Assembly: GCF_006345805.1 (NCBI RefSeq)
Contig: NC_043012.1
Span: 18,786,001-18,850,000, forward strand
Reading direction: 5' to 3'
DNA length: 64,000 nucleotides
Origin: Octopus sinensis
Lineage: Eukaryota
Position numbers and translations under genes: made by a program. Shown here piece after piece: positions 52,901 to 64,000 of this stretch. The first letter of the stretch is position 1. Every line of letters starts with the position of its first letter. The notes beneath the pieces were generated by a model. The model was given only the letters and a program-made list of their open reading frames with translations. It made no database searches and was not told the origin of the DNA.

Positions 52901-54238
52901 CGTCCCAGTTACAGAGACAGGAAAGAAAAACGCAGCGTACTGACATAAGATAGAGGTTCCTTCCTCTTATGATACCACTGTGATCGTTCAGTGACTGATT
53001 GTGCTATTTTATACTAGGTGCTAGAAAACTTTTCATCTAATGAATCTAGTAATATAAATCTCGAATATCCCTGGTAAGAATCACCTTGAATTATTTAATC
53101 GTCAAGGTTTGTCTATTTCCATTGATAATGAACATTGTAAAATGAAATTTCGCTAGGTTAATTTGGTTTTGGGTTCGAGAACGTAACAAATTTTACTCAA
53201 AACACAAATCCAATGAATACGTAAGAAAAAAATTCAAATCACCCATAAAATATTACAGGTTCTTTCATTAAAATATTTCTCGTTGTATATCTCCACTATC
53301 TAGTAACGTAGAAAATATGAAAGTACTACAATAATGCCCTAGCTGGCGTTGGATATAGGCATGAAAATTTCTATATTCCTAAAAATTCATGAACGAATAT
53401 TCATGACTGTAGCTGAATAATAAACACCTGTTTAGCTAACAGTCGAAATTAAAAGAGAAGAGAGCGTTCGGAAGATAGTGTAAGCGATATGACTAGGGCC
53501 AAATCACACTCATTTCAATTAAATGAAGTGAGCAATGATTTTGATAACACCCCTAATTTAAGATATCACGCAACTAATAAAACCCAAAGGGTAATACGTG
53601 AAGTATGGACGGAATACTTCATATTTCTTGCTAGTAGAAAGAATAGAATTAATATCAAGAAGCATTATTGTAGCTATAAAAGCAAATTATCTCCGATTGA
53701 AGGGCATACATGTATAGTAACGGCTAATGGCATTTCTAATAATTACATAGAGCCGTCTTCTACTGGATCTAAGCAGAGTTTGCACAAGCATATTTCTTCG
53801 TTCATAAATTGAAGAAAGATGAATTGTACAAGTTTCAGTGTGATCATCCCGTCTTGAAAAGATAAGGACACTGAATGAGATGTTAAATGGACATGTGTTA
53901 TTAGAGCTTCACCATTTAATAATCGGAACTCGAAGTAAAATTTCTCCTTCGAAGATATTTTCCATACCTTTACCTCTAATTACAGATTATTAAATCATGG
54001 AAACGAATTAACTCTGAAAAACGCGTATTTTGTTTAGAAAACTGCTTAGATGCATTCCAAATAAGAATATTTAATAAGATATCAAGAAGATAGAAAAGCA
54101 CACGAGTTAAAATATTCGCAGATTTAATCTAGTTCGATATTAGCAACCACACGATAATCTCCATATCTCCTTATTTTCATGCGCTTTTATTTCCCCGTTC
54201 TTTCTATTCCTTTAAAATATTCCCGTTTATCGGTGACA

Positions 54239-54347
54239 GGACTATTTTTTCCGTAAACATATTCGCCGTAGGACAATAGGCCGTAGGATTATTGGCCATA
54301 TGACAATTCGTCGTGCGGATATTTCGCTGCAAGGACATTTTGCCGTA
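54239..54347. repeat. Tandem array of ~7 degenerate 15-16 bp units (ggacaattcgccgta-like)
   Basis: aacatattcgccgta ggacaataggccgta ggattattggccata tgacaattcgtcgtg ... aggacattttgccgta. Confidence 0.8.
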
Positions 54348-54759
54348 AAGCATAGATACTTGAAATAGCTTCGTTAGATAAATGAGGTAGATAAAAGAAT
54401 AGTATAACTGCAGTCATTTTCGTTAATTGCGCAAATGTTAATTTAAAAACAGAAAGGTCGTTTAAATTTGAAACTGCATCGTTAATTGCTGAAATGAGAA
54501 TTTAAAAGCAGAAAGGCCGTTAACATTTATTGAAAAATAACCAGCTTATCTGAAAACTTCAAAGGGAAGGAGTTTGTTTTGAGAGGTTATCTCGACCGTT
54601 TACATCATTTACATTATTTATCTTGAAACATAAACCCTTACGATGCCGTACACTATTATATGAGCGCATACTATGCATTGTCGGAGGTTACGATCAAAAT
54701 CATTATTTGCGTGCAATTTCAATGAACTTGCATGATTTTAGCTTTTGGCTTAACTTGTT

Positions 54760-54944
54760 AAATAAAGTGTAAGACCTTCATTATTTTTAAATAAAGTATT
54801 TGATCTTCATTATCTTAAAATAAAGTGTATGGCCGTCATTTAAAAAAAAAATGTGTATGCCCGTCATTATTGTAAAATAAAGTGTGTGACTTTCACTATT
54901 TTTAAACAAAGTGTATGACCGTCATAATTTTAAATAAAGTGTAC
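54760..54944. repeat. 29-bp minisatellite, ~6.5 copies
   Basis: Unit approximately aaataaagtgtatgaccgtcattattttt. Confidence 0.9.
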
Positions 54945-55017
54945 CCTAATATATCATAATTCTTTTAGAATATATATTTTAACGGAAACATCTAACACTT
55001 CATTCCTCACTTCGCTT

Positions 55018-55062
55018 CACCCAATGGGTAAAACCTGGAATGAAGGTTTTACCCATTGGGTG
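55018..55062. other. Perfect 19-bp stem-loop
   Basis: cacccaatgggtaaaacct-ggaatga-aggttttacccattgggtg. Confidence 0.9.
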
Positions 55063-55762
55063 CTTTGGTTACACCCGGAAACCGGTGTTCGCTTCATGAC
55101 GTCACTTTACTGCGGTTGGTCCGCTAAAGTCGACGATAGAATAATTTAACACTGTTGATTTGTTTGACAAGATACTTCAAGACAGTGCTTCAGGATGGCC
55201 AAAGTCATGAAACAAGATAAAAATTATATCCTCGTGTTTTATATACATGTACGCAAACACAAACATGTATGCGTAAAATAATGCTGCAAGTCAGGATAAA
55301 TATTACATCTCTTTGATTCACTTTGCAATTATAACTTTTCTTACTCATTTTTTTATAATTTTGTTTTTCCTCCGTAAATTGCGGACGAATTTCCTAACTT
55401 TGAAATCATTAATTTCTGATTTCAATACATTCGGGACTGCGACAGACAAAAGACTATAATTTAAGAGCTCCTTTTACACAATCAAATTTGATAGAATATA
55501 ATATTTATTTTATTACTACAGGATAACAATTATTTAATTAAAGTGGAGATAATAATGTTGATTCATTATTATATGTTACAAACTTTTGTTTGAAAGTATA
55601 ACCGGTTACACTGAGTATGAAATTTAATATATTTCTTCTTATGATATGAGCCACATTCAAAACGTCAACATTCAAAGGCATTTTTGGCGTTGACAATTAT
55701 TTCTTTACATCCATACACATACATACATGATGCATACATACACACGTACGTATACATATATA

Positions 55763-55840
<78 letters not shown>

Positions 55841-56679
55841 CGCACACACACGTGTATAAATATGTGTGCGTGTGTATTGTGCGTAAATTTATTGCTTTTA
55901 ATGCATTATATTATATGGACCATCTTTGCTTAACTGTCATTATAAAGATTTCAATCAGCAGGAATAACTCATGTTACTTGCTATAAATATTATTAGCTTT
56001 GCTATTTGGGTATAGTTTGAAATCTAAATTACCGTAAGGAAATGTACATACAGATGACAGATATTGTTGATACTGTCAAAGTTTCCAAGATATTTAAAAT
56101 TAAACTGTATAAAACATATATTTAACGGAAAATCTATCGACATACTAAAATATTAATGCTTTTAATGTTTTGTAATTATATGAAAATATTCGAGAATCCC
56201 GAGAAGTTTACAAACTTAAACATATTAATAACTACGAACTTGAGAAAAATAATTTAGAAACGCTCTCAAACATAAATACATGTATATATATGCAGGTATA
56301 ACATATATTTCAATTATATCTATGTAGACACTCGCTCGCGTGAACAAACACACACATACATATATACACACACTCACACGTAAATTTTATATCATAAATC
56401 TGTATCATTACAAAATGCGATACGCATTGAAATTTTATACTCGTTTTTATGTACTTTGTACGAATTGTAAACTTCGAATAAAGAACGGAAATCAGAAGGC
56501 TGGTGCTGTAGTCGGAGTACCCCGGCCTACACAATAATGACATGCCTAAACTTTTGCAGTTTCGTCATAAATTTTGGCACAAGGAATATCTTGAGTAAAG
56601 AGAAAGTTTTGAGATTCTCTTGTCGTTCATCGATATGCCATTACTCTATCAGAATTGATGTTTTGTTGTTGCTACAGTG

Positions 56680-57053
56680 ATTCATGGGAGTCATTTCGTC
56701 AGAAACCCTTGCAGAGTTAAATGCCTCTCCAAAGGGAAGAGTACTCGAGCAACGAATTTGGTCCTACTACAGAGCGTTTACACCCGATCATCACCGCTCG
56801 ATACCAAACGCATTTGTCCAGGATCACCGTCATCCAGACCTATGCCCCCATCGAAGACGCAGACGAAACCAATAAAGACGCTTTCTACGAACAACTACCG
56901 GGTGCCTTGGGTGACGCCCCTCGTTACCATTTGATCCCACTAATTGGCGGCTTCAACGCCAAAATCGTGAGAAACCAACAAAGTTACGAGCATATAACGC
57001 GCTCAAATGACAGGGCGGGTGACACTTGCGGTAACGGCGATCGGTTGGTCTAG
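56680..57053 (+). mobile_element. RTE-clade LINE APE endonuclease fragment
   Basis: IITARYQTHLSRITVIQTYAPIEDADETNKDAFYEQL..LIGGFNAKI..NGDRLV (cf. RTE IQxYAPT..KDxFY..GDFNAKVG..NGERL). Confidence 0.88.
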
Positions 57054-57086
57054 TTCTGCTTGAAATACTATATATATATATTTTAT

Positions 57087-57250
57087 TTTATTTTATAGAA
57101 GGAGCTTCTACAGGACTAGAACTGTTTCATTCAAATGAAATCATTAGGAAGCTTGCTGTCAAAATAAGACTTATTTTGACAGCAAGCTTCCTGAATGATT
57201 CATTTGAATGAACAGTTCTAGTCCTGTAGAAGCTCCTTCTATAAAATAAA
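57087..57250. repeat. 164-bp near-perfect palindrome
   Basis: Arms of ~82 bp centred on 57169 differ by three single-base indels and no substitutions (manual alignment). Confidence 0.95.
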
Positions 57251-57679
57251 TTAATTTACTCTGCTATGTATTGAGTACCATTTTTACTGTGGTTAACCCC
57301 GACTCAACCCGGGACCTACATATATATATATATGTTATATAATATATATTATATATATATATATAATTATCTATATATATATATATATATATAATACGAT
57401 ACATATACATACACGCACACACACACACATACTCCAAACTAGCAGTACCTACTACTGACTTGGGTAGAGACAAAAAGAGCCACTCCCAATTCCTTCTTCC
57501 TTGATCTTAAATAATATTAAGCCCTACAACACGCAAAGATTAACAGCCACAACCACACACACATACACACAAACAACGCACACACACACATGTGTTATCA
57601 TTGCACACATACACACATACACACACACACACAGGCAGACCTTCGTGCACGCACATATCCACACTTACACACACATACG

Positions 57680-57950
57680 TCCTTCTGCACTCCCCTGTCT
57701 TTGAAAGAACTTTTCTTCACCCATTTCCTTCCGTTCATTCAAAATGTGACGGCGTGTGTACCGTTCGCGATTTTTTTCCCTCTGTCTTCTCTTCTCTGGA
57801 TCTTTCCTTCTCCTATGTTTCCGACGAAGAGCTCCGCTCGAAACGTTTAACCCTCCTTCTTCCCTTCCTTCCTTAGCGTCCAATAATACTATATTTGTTA
57901 CACGTCCTCGCGTTGTTGTTTTCTCTTTGTTTTCATGTTTGGATTAAATT
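57680..57950 (+). mobile_element. Short repeat family A, most complete copy, ending at (TA)n
   Basis: Matches 21415-21632 and the left arm of 12863-13020. Contains an HHR variant. Confidence 0.85.
57817..57851 (+). ncRNA. Minimal type I HHR variant (CCGACGA core)
   Basis: GTTT CCGACGA A GAGC-TCC-GCTC GAAA CG TT TAAC: 4-bp stem II, palindromic AACGTT stem III, and a U-U mismatch at the first stem I pair. Confidence 0.55.
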
Positions 57951-58042
57951 TATATATATACATGCATATATATATATATATATATAAATATGTATGTATA
58001 TATATATGTATATATACGTACATATGTATATAAGTGTATGTG

Positions 58043-58092
<50 letters not shown>

Positions 58093-59106
58093 TTATAGTG
58101 GGCATACTATAACTGATTGATAACGAAGGTAGCCGTACTAATATCAAAAAGCAATATATGACACCAACGTAATGTGCACGTGTTAGCGTAGAATATTGAC
58201 TTCGTGTGGAGCCGCATATGACTTCGTGCTCTTCTGGAACATATGCATCTCGGAGGTCGTAGGAGAGGGTTTTTCATCTGTCGACACTATAACAACTCGA
58301 GTTCTTAAGAGAGGTCCTCTGAAGGATAAAAGCGCAGTATTCTTTCTTCTGATACAACGACTACGTCACGTTGGAAATAAATCTTTTCATACGTACACAC
58401 AAACATACATATATTTACTTATATGCATATTGATATATATGTATATCTGTATAAACACAACACCCACTCCCGCATATTTGTGTGTGTTTGTGATCAGTCT
58501 TCAAAATACAGCAGATCGTCTCATGTCGGTAAGAATTGTATTTAAATATTTAAAATAATCTATTATATGTGTACTGTGAACAGGGAGTGGGTAGGATAAA
58601 ATCCTAGTTTCTGGAGGGAGTCCTTCTCCACAGAAAATTTGAGTGAAAGGTAAATAACCAGTGCCATCATAATTTTACCTCTTCGAATACAGATAAACTT
58701 CAGCTGATAAGGAACGCTGGACAGTGTGTGCTTCATGTGGAAACGGAAATTGATATAGAATGCATTCTCACTGGCGAAAATATTTATCGAAAAATTTGCA
58801 AATACAATTTACATTATCTAATCATGACTTATGTTAACAGCTGTTCTGAAATACCGAGTTGTGTACGCTTTATTCCTGTTATATATTGGATGTCTCTTCT
58901 ACTTCAATTCTCACTCAATTACTATAGTTTTCTTGCTGATACTACTACCTCTGAATAATCTAAATCCGATGAGGAAATTGACTTAAGCATTTTGATCAGA
59001 ATGAACATTAGGAAATGATTGCCTTTACAACGCTCTCACTACACATTTCTCAACCATACTCAAACAAAAACATGCATACATTCACATGCACACACTCACA
59101 AACACA

Positions 59107-59154
<48 letters not shown>

Positions 59155-59868
59155 ATATATAGATGTGTGTGCGTGTGTATATATATATATATATTTATAT
59201 ATAATTTCTCTTTGTTAACTATTTCAACAATTCATCTAAAATCGAAAAATATGTATGACGTAATATCATACACAGCCATGCTCTTAATACATCGTATATG
59301 TTCTCTATAATATATAAAGAATTTCTTTCATATATGGGAAATATAAACTACATGCTTATTTTGATAGTATATAAATATCTATCCTATAAAAATAGTTTCC
59401 ATGAGAATCAAACGCCATGTCGATATTTTTGATAAATGGCAATTTATGAAGCAAAACATATCCGAATTAAATAATACGTTACAAAAATATCAGTAAAATT
59501 AAATATACAAGATGTATACTTATTTTAAGGATCTTTACATTTGCACCTCATTTATCTTTTAATGTAAAAAAACAACAATAAATATTACATTTGATATATT
59601 CCGTTGAAATGTTTCACTAATAATTTCTAATGATATTTTTTCAAATACCTTATTCGATATTTTCCACTCGAAACGCGAAGAAAACGTGTTAGAAAGTGTT
59701 AAGCGAAGTAAAATATTAAAATAAGTTCATATTTCACTACGATCGATTAAACAGAATATTGCTTTAGATAACAATCCAGGAATATTATATTTTGCTTTTT
59801 AAAATTATTAAGTGATGAGATATAAATTTTTACATCATATAACAGCATGCATAGACACACATACATAT

Positions 59869-59917
<49 letters not shown>

Positions 59918-60457
59918 GACTTGCACACATGTATATATACACACACAGCTATCACAGCTATTTGCATATAGCTACACACACACAAACAGTCATGTATATA
60001 TACATAGACATACACACAAAAATATACTTATACAACACGCTCGCACGCACACACAGATACGAATTATATAAAAGTGTACTCGAATTTCATTATGATATCT
60101 ATATAAAGACCTTACCTATTCGTCATAGCTCCTCGTTGTCGTGACACATGAAACTGTTAGTAGTCCATTGTGATTAAATAGGTTCATTTCAAATACTCAC
60201 GTTTTCAAAGAAATAAAAAATAATATATTGGCATAACTTATAAATAATATAACGGTGATGATATAGGCCCAGGAAATTTAAGTTGATGCATAGTATGTGT
60301 AATCGCGTTACTTAATAAGATTCATTTTCGTTTTAAAAAATTTATTACTTTCCACTTATGATGAGACATGTCAATAAAAGTTCACCTCTAGAGTATGCAT
60401 TTTTGGGCATTAGCAAAATACAATGCGCAAACGATAATATATTAGATATATCACATC

Positions 60458-60678
60458 AAGGCGGCGAGCTGGCAGAAACGTTAGCGCGCCGGGCAAAATA
60501 CTTAGCGGCATTTCGTCTGCCGCTACATTCTGAGTTCAAATTCCGCCGAGGTCGACTTTGCCTTTCATCCTTTCGGGGTAGATTAAATGAGTACCAGTTA
60601 CGCACTGGGCTCGATATAATCGACTTAATCCGTTTGTCCCCTCTGTATCTAGCCCCTTGTGGACAGTAAAGAAATAAA
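60458..60678 (+). mobile_element. Well-preserved SINE, family of 30659-30888, with ~12-bp TSD
   Basis: ggcggcgagctggcagaaacgttag...aaagaaata, flanked by atatatcacatc (60446) and atatatcacgtc (60679). Confidence 0.93.
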
Positions 60679-60805
60679 ATATATCACGTCTATATATATG
60701 ACGTAGGATCAACTTTCATACGCTGTGTGTGTGCATATATATACATTCACTCATACATTTTCTTTCTCTCTCTTTCGCGATCTCTCTCTCACTGTCTCTC
60801 TCTCT

Positions 60806-60837
<32 letters not shown>

Positions 60838-61455
60838 AACACACAATCTGTGTGTGTGTATGTGTCAAGAGAAAAACGTACCAATCTTTAAAAAATAAGT
60901 TCTGGGATCGATTCATTCAGCTAAAATTCTTCAAGTTGATCGAAGCATAGTCGTAGTGCAATGAACGAAAGGAGTAAGCGACAAAAGACAGCAAATATTC
61001 ATGCATACGTTCTAACCTATGCACACACACACGCACCCACACACACACGCACACACAGATATATATATGGGGGCGTTCAACTGATGAACAGTTCTTAGAA
61101 TCGAGTATCAAAGACTCCTAATCGTGAATTTGTTTGGAGTGGGTATCATTTTGCGCAGAGCCCAAACACCAGCATCACAATAGATTTTGAGAGGGTCAGA
61201 GAGACAATTCAGCAAAAATTTAGGGTTACCTTCTCCTCTCGAAGCATGTTTCAAAGACAACAATTAAGGGCCTATCGCTCTCACTTACCAATACACTAGG
61301 TAACCCATACCCTATGCTTCTACTCCGGGTGTAATTGAACCTCGGGGTAAACACTGAAAACACTGGAATTTCGTACTTAGGGCTGCACTATTTACTTAGG
61401 TATCCTGAGAAGGGACTCGACTCAATCGTCAATTTCGTATTATACTGTACAAAGT

Positions 61456-61838
61456 GGAGTCGCAATGGCCCAGTGGTTAGGGCAGCGGACTCGCGGTCAT
61501 AGGATCGCGGTTTCGATCCCCAGACCGGGCGTTGTGAGTGTTTATTGAGCGAATACACCTAAAGCTCCACAAGTCTCCGGCAGGGGATGGTGGTGATCCC
61601 TGCTGTACTCTTTCACCACAACTTTCTCTCACTCTTACTTCCTGTTTCTGTTGTACCTGTATTTCAAAGGGCCGGCCTTGTCACTCTCTGTGTCACGCTG
61701 AATATCCCCGAGAATTACGTTAAGGGTACACGTGTCTGTGGAGTGCTCAGCCACTTACACATTAATTTCACGAGCAGGCTGTTCCGTTGATTCGGATCAA
61801 CCGGAACCCTCGTCGTCGTAACCGACGGAGTGCTTCCA
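61456..61838 (+). mobile_element. Young GC-rich tRNA-derived SINE with 14-bp TSD
   Basis: Head tggcccagtggttagggcagcggactc...ggtttcgatccc (A/B boxes), flanked by atactgtacaaagt (61442) and atactgtaccaagt (61840). Confidence 0.9.
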
Positions 61839-62388
61839 CATACTGTACCAAGTTCGTCCACCTCAACAAAAGTATAAATAGGTCGTATGTTTTAAAATTT
61901 ATTTTTATTTAAGTTTAGAATGTCGCCAATGGCATTCTCTAATTTTGCCTGTCTCTCGTTTAACCTATTTGATTTATAATAAATAATTCATTGCCCAAAG
62001 TCTCCCTCCACCTGAGTATGCAATGCATAGCTTTAAAACTGAAACCTCACTAACCTGAAGTGAATTTCTTCTCTTGCATCTTTGGCTTTATTCATAAACC
62101 ATATCACATTCATAGCTTCAAACGTTCTTTGATATATGAGCAAAGACACACGTGTATAACCATAGTAGATATACTGACGCATAAACGCGCATATGTATAC
62201 ATGCATTGGCATATGAAGCTATGTATGTGTACATGCAAACATACATACATACATACATAAATACACATATACATACATGCAAATAAATAAGAGTCTGCTT
62301 CGTTCTGCTTTACATATCTTTTCATCTAAATTGATTGATTAAATATCATATATTATATATGCATACATGCACACACACACGCAGACAT

Positions 62389-62448
<60 letters not shown>

Positions 62449-63320
62449 TGTATGTATATGTGTGGTGTATGGTGTGCGTACTTCTATATAACTTCCATAT
62501 ACAATTCTGAAAGAAGAAAATAACAGACACAAAAGACTCACATACATACCGGAACAAAGCAAACGCGCATGCGCGCTCACACACGCATACACACACATCC
62601 ACGCACACACACTCACCTAGAATTAAGTGTCAATTTTGCTCTGTGTACTATTTTGCCCAGATATATCAAGTCTGCTTTAATAGCTTTCGTCCTTAAAATT
62701 TCATTGATGTTTCTACTTTGATTATATGTTATTATGCTAATAAAATTGTTGTTATTTTTCACCTGGGAATTTTAATATAATCAATTGTTGTATTTGTGTA
62801 GGAAGTGACATTTTATATTTCCATATTTTACATCAGGGAATTAATCAAAATACTTAAATCATTATTTTGTATGGATGAGATTCATCTTTACACAATGCAT
62901 TGTGGGTCCCGCATTGTCCGTCTCTTGATATGACTACTCACTTATTGTTTGAGAAAGCTGCTGACGGAACTTCAAATAATTTATCGCGCTAATTGAAATC
63001 CAGTTCCAGATGCATAAATAAAACACATACACGCTAAAGTAGATTTGATTATTCTTATTTAGGTGAGTTTTCTGTGATTAACATTAAGGTTTGCTGTCAT
63101 AGGTTTTCTACTTAAATATCTGGTTTTGTTTCATTATATGCAATAAATGAATAAAAGATGGCAAATATTTTAATATTTTCTTTGGCTGAGGTTAAAAGAT
63201 ATGCGTATGAATATAAGTGTATTCATACATGCATGCACACATATTACATACATATATACATACATACATATGTATATGGTATATATGCACACACGTACAT
63301 TATGAACATATATATATTAT

Positions 63321-63368
<48 letters not shown>

Positions 63369-63539
63369 CAAACATATATATACGTACATACACATACATG
63401 TATACAAATTCTTACTCACACATATATACCTGGTACACACACACACACACGTATATATATATATATATATACGTATGCACATGCATATATACATACATGC
63501 ATATTATGCCAAAAACAGCTAAAATTGATAACATTTCAG

Positions 63540-63647
63540 CTGAGAGAGGAATGGAATTTGGCCAAAAGAAATGTTTATATCCGTCCAGGGTCGTTCCCTC
63601 TCGAATTCGCACACGCGTTTCTGCCCTTTAACACTGGACAGACTTAA
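63540..63647 (+). CDS. Possible terminal coding exon of an unknown host gene (LREEWNLAKRNVYIRPGSFPLEFAHAFLPFNTGQT*)
   Basis: Acceptor-like aacatttcag, then a non-repetitive, GC-elevated 36-codon frame ending in TAA. No recognised homology. Confidence 0.2.
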   Translation: MREEWNLAKRNVYIRPGSFPLEFAHAFLPFNTGQT

Positions 63648-64000
63648 AGCCGTAGCTTTAATTAAATGACATTTAACGGCATTGACTGATCTCTGCTATT
63701 AAACCGCCAGGTCGAAAAACTTCAGCTGTATCTGCGCCAAGTAGTGTTTAGGCTTAAGAAAACTTTAGGTTACTTAAAATATGCTTGTGACATATTTCAA
63801 CTCCTAAAGGCAACTTCACTGCAGTTAACGAGGAGCAAAAAAGAATACAAACTTTCTTTTGCTAAAACGATGTAAAAACACTACATCTGTTCAGTACTAT
63901 CCCCTGTCCGACTCACAGATGTGTTTCTGGCTCCTTAGCCGTCATCAATAGGCAATACCCAAAGTGGTATGTATATCTTTATATATAAAAGTAAGGTTGT

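Noticed and set aside
53489-53812. 107-aa ORF
   Set aside because: It has no recognisable motif or splice context and an AT-rich codon composition typical of random ORFs.
54239-54944. CRISPR-like appearance of the short repeat arrays
   Set aside because: The units are degenerate, contiguous tandem repeats without unique spacers, there are no cas genes, and the context is eukaryotic.
58183-58318. Minus-strand acceptor plus a 45-codon frame (GPLLRTRVVIVSTDEKPS...)
   Set aside because: No homology was recognised and no upstream exon was found; the opposite strand is also open, so coding status is ambiguous.
61456-61530. tRNA-like sequences (also 22180-22250 and 50060-50123)
   Set aside because: They are SINE heads with A/B boxes but without a complete cloverleaf, and they continue into SINE bodies; they are not tRNA genes.

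Overview
AT-rich, microsatellite-saturated eukaryotic DNA. The SINE families look like those of octopus/coleoid cephalopods; this is recalled similarity, not verified by search. No host protein-coding gene can be confidently called, and almost all ORFs in the supplied track are artefacts of (TA)n, (CA)n or (AAT)n tracts or are transposon remnants. The window contains: (i) a decayed, apparently full-length Penelope-like element (PLE; RT + C-terminal GIY-YIG, terminal direct repeats) at 48.6-52.5 kb, interrupted by a SINE; (ii) fragments of R4/Dong-type (restriction-like endonuclease, RLE), L1/Tx1, CR1 and RTE non-LTR retrotransposons, plus a Tc1/mariner (DD37D/maT-like) transposase remnant; (iii) about a dozen SINE copies from at least four families, some with clear target-site duplications (TSDs); (iv) MITE-like and fold-back elements. 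The most notable signal is six type I hammerhead ribozyme (HHR)-like motifs in unrelated repeat contexts, plus a degenerate second copy of one. One is in the PLE terminal repeat and has a ~90-nt stem II. Two are minimal core variants in (TA)n-anchored short repeats. One sits near a short dispersed duplication, and one is reconstructable from the two arms of a 164-bp palindrome. The best folded has an intact catalytic core and lies inside a 371-bp element bounded by 74-bp inverted repeats. All alignments and folds were done by eye.
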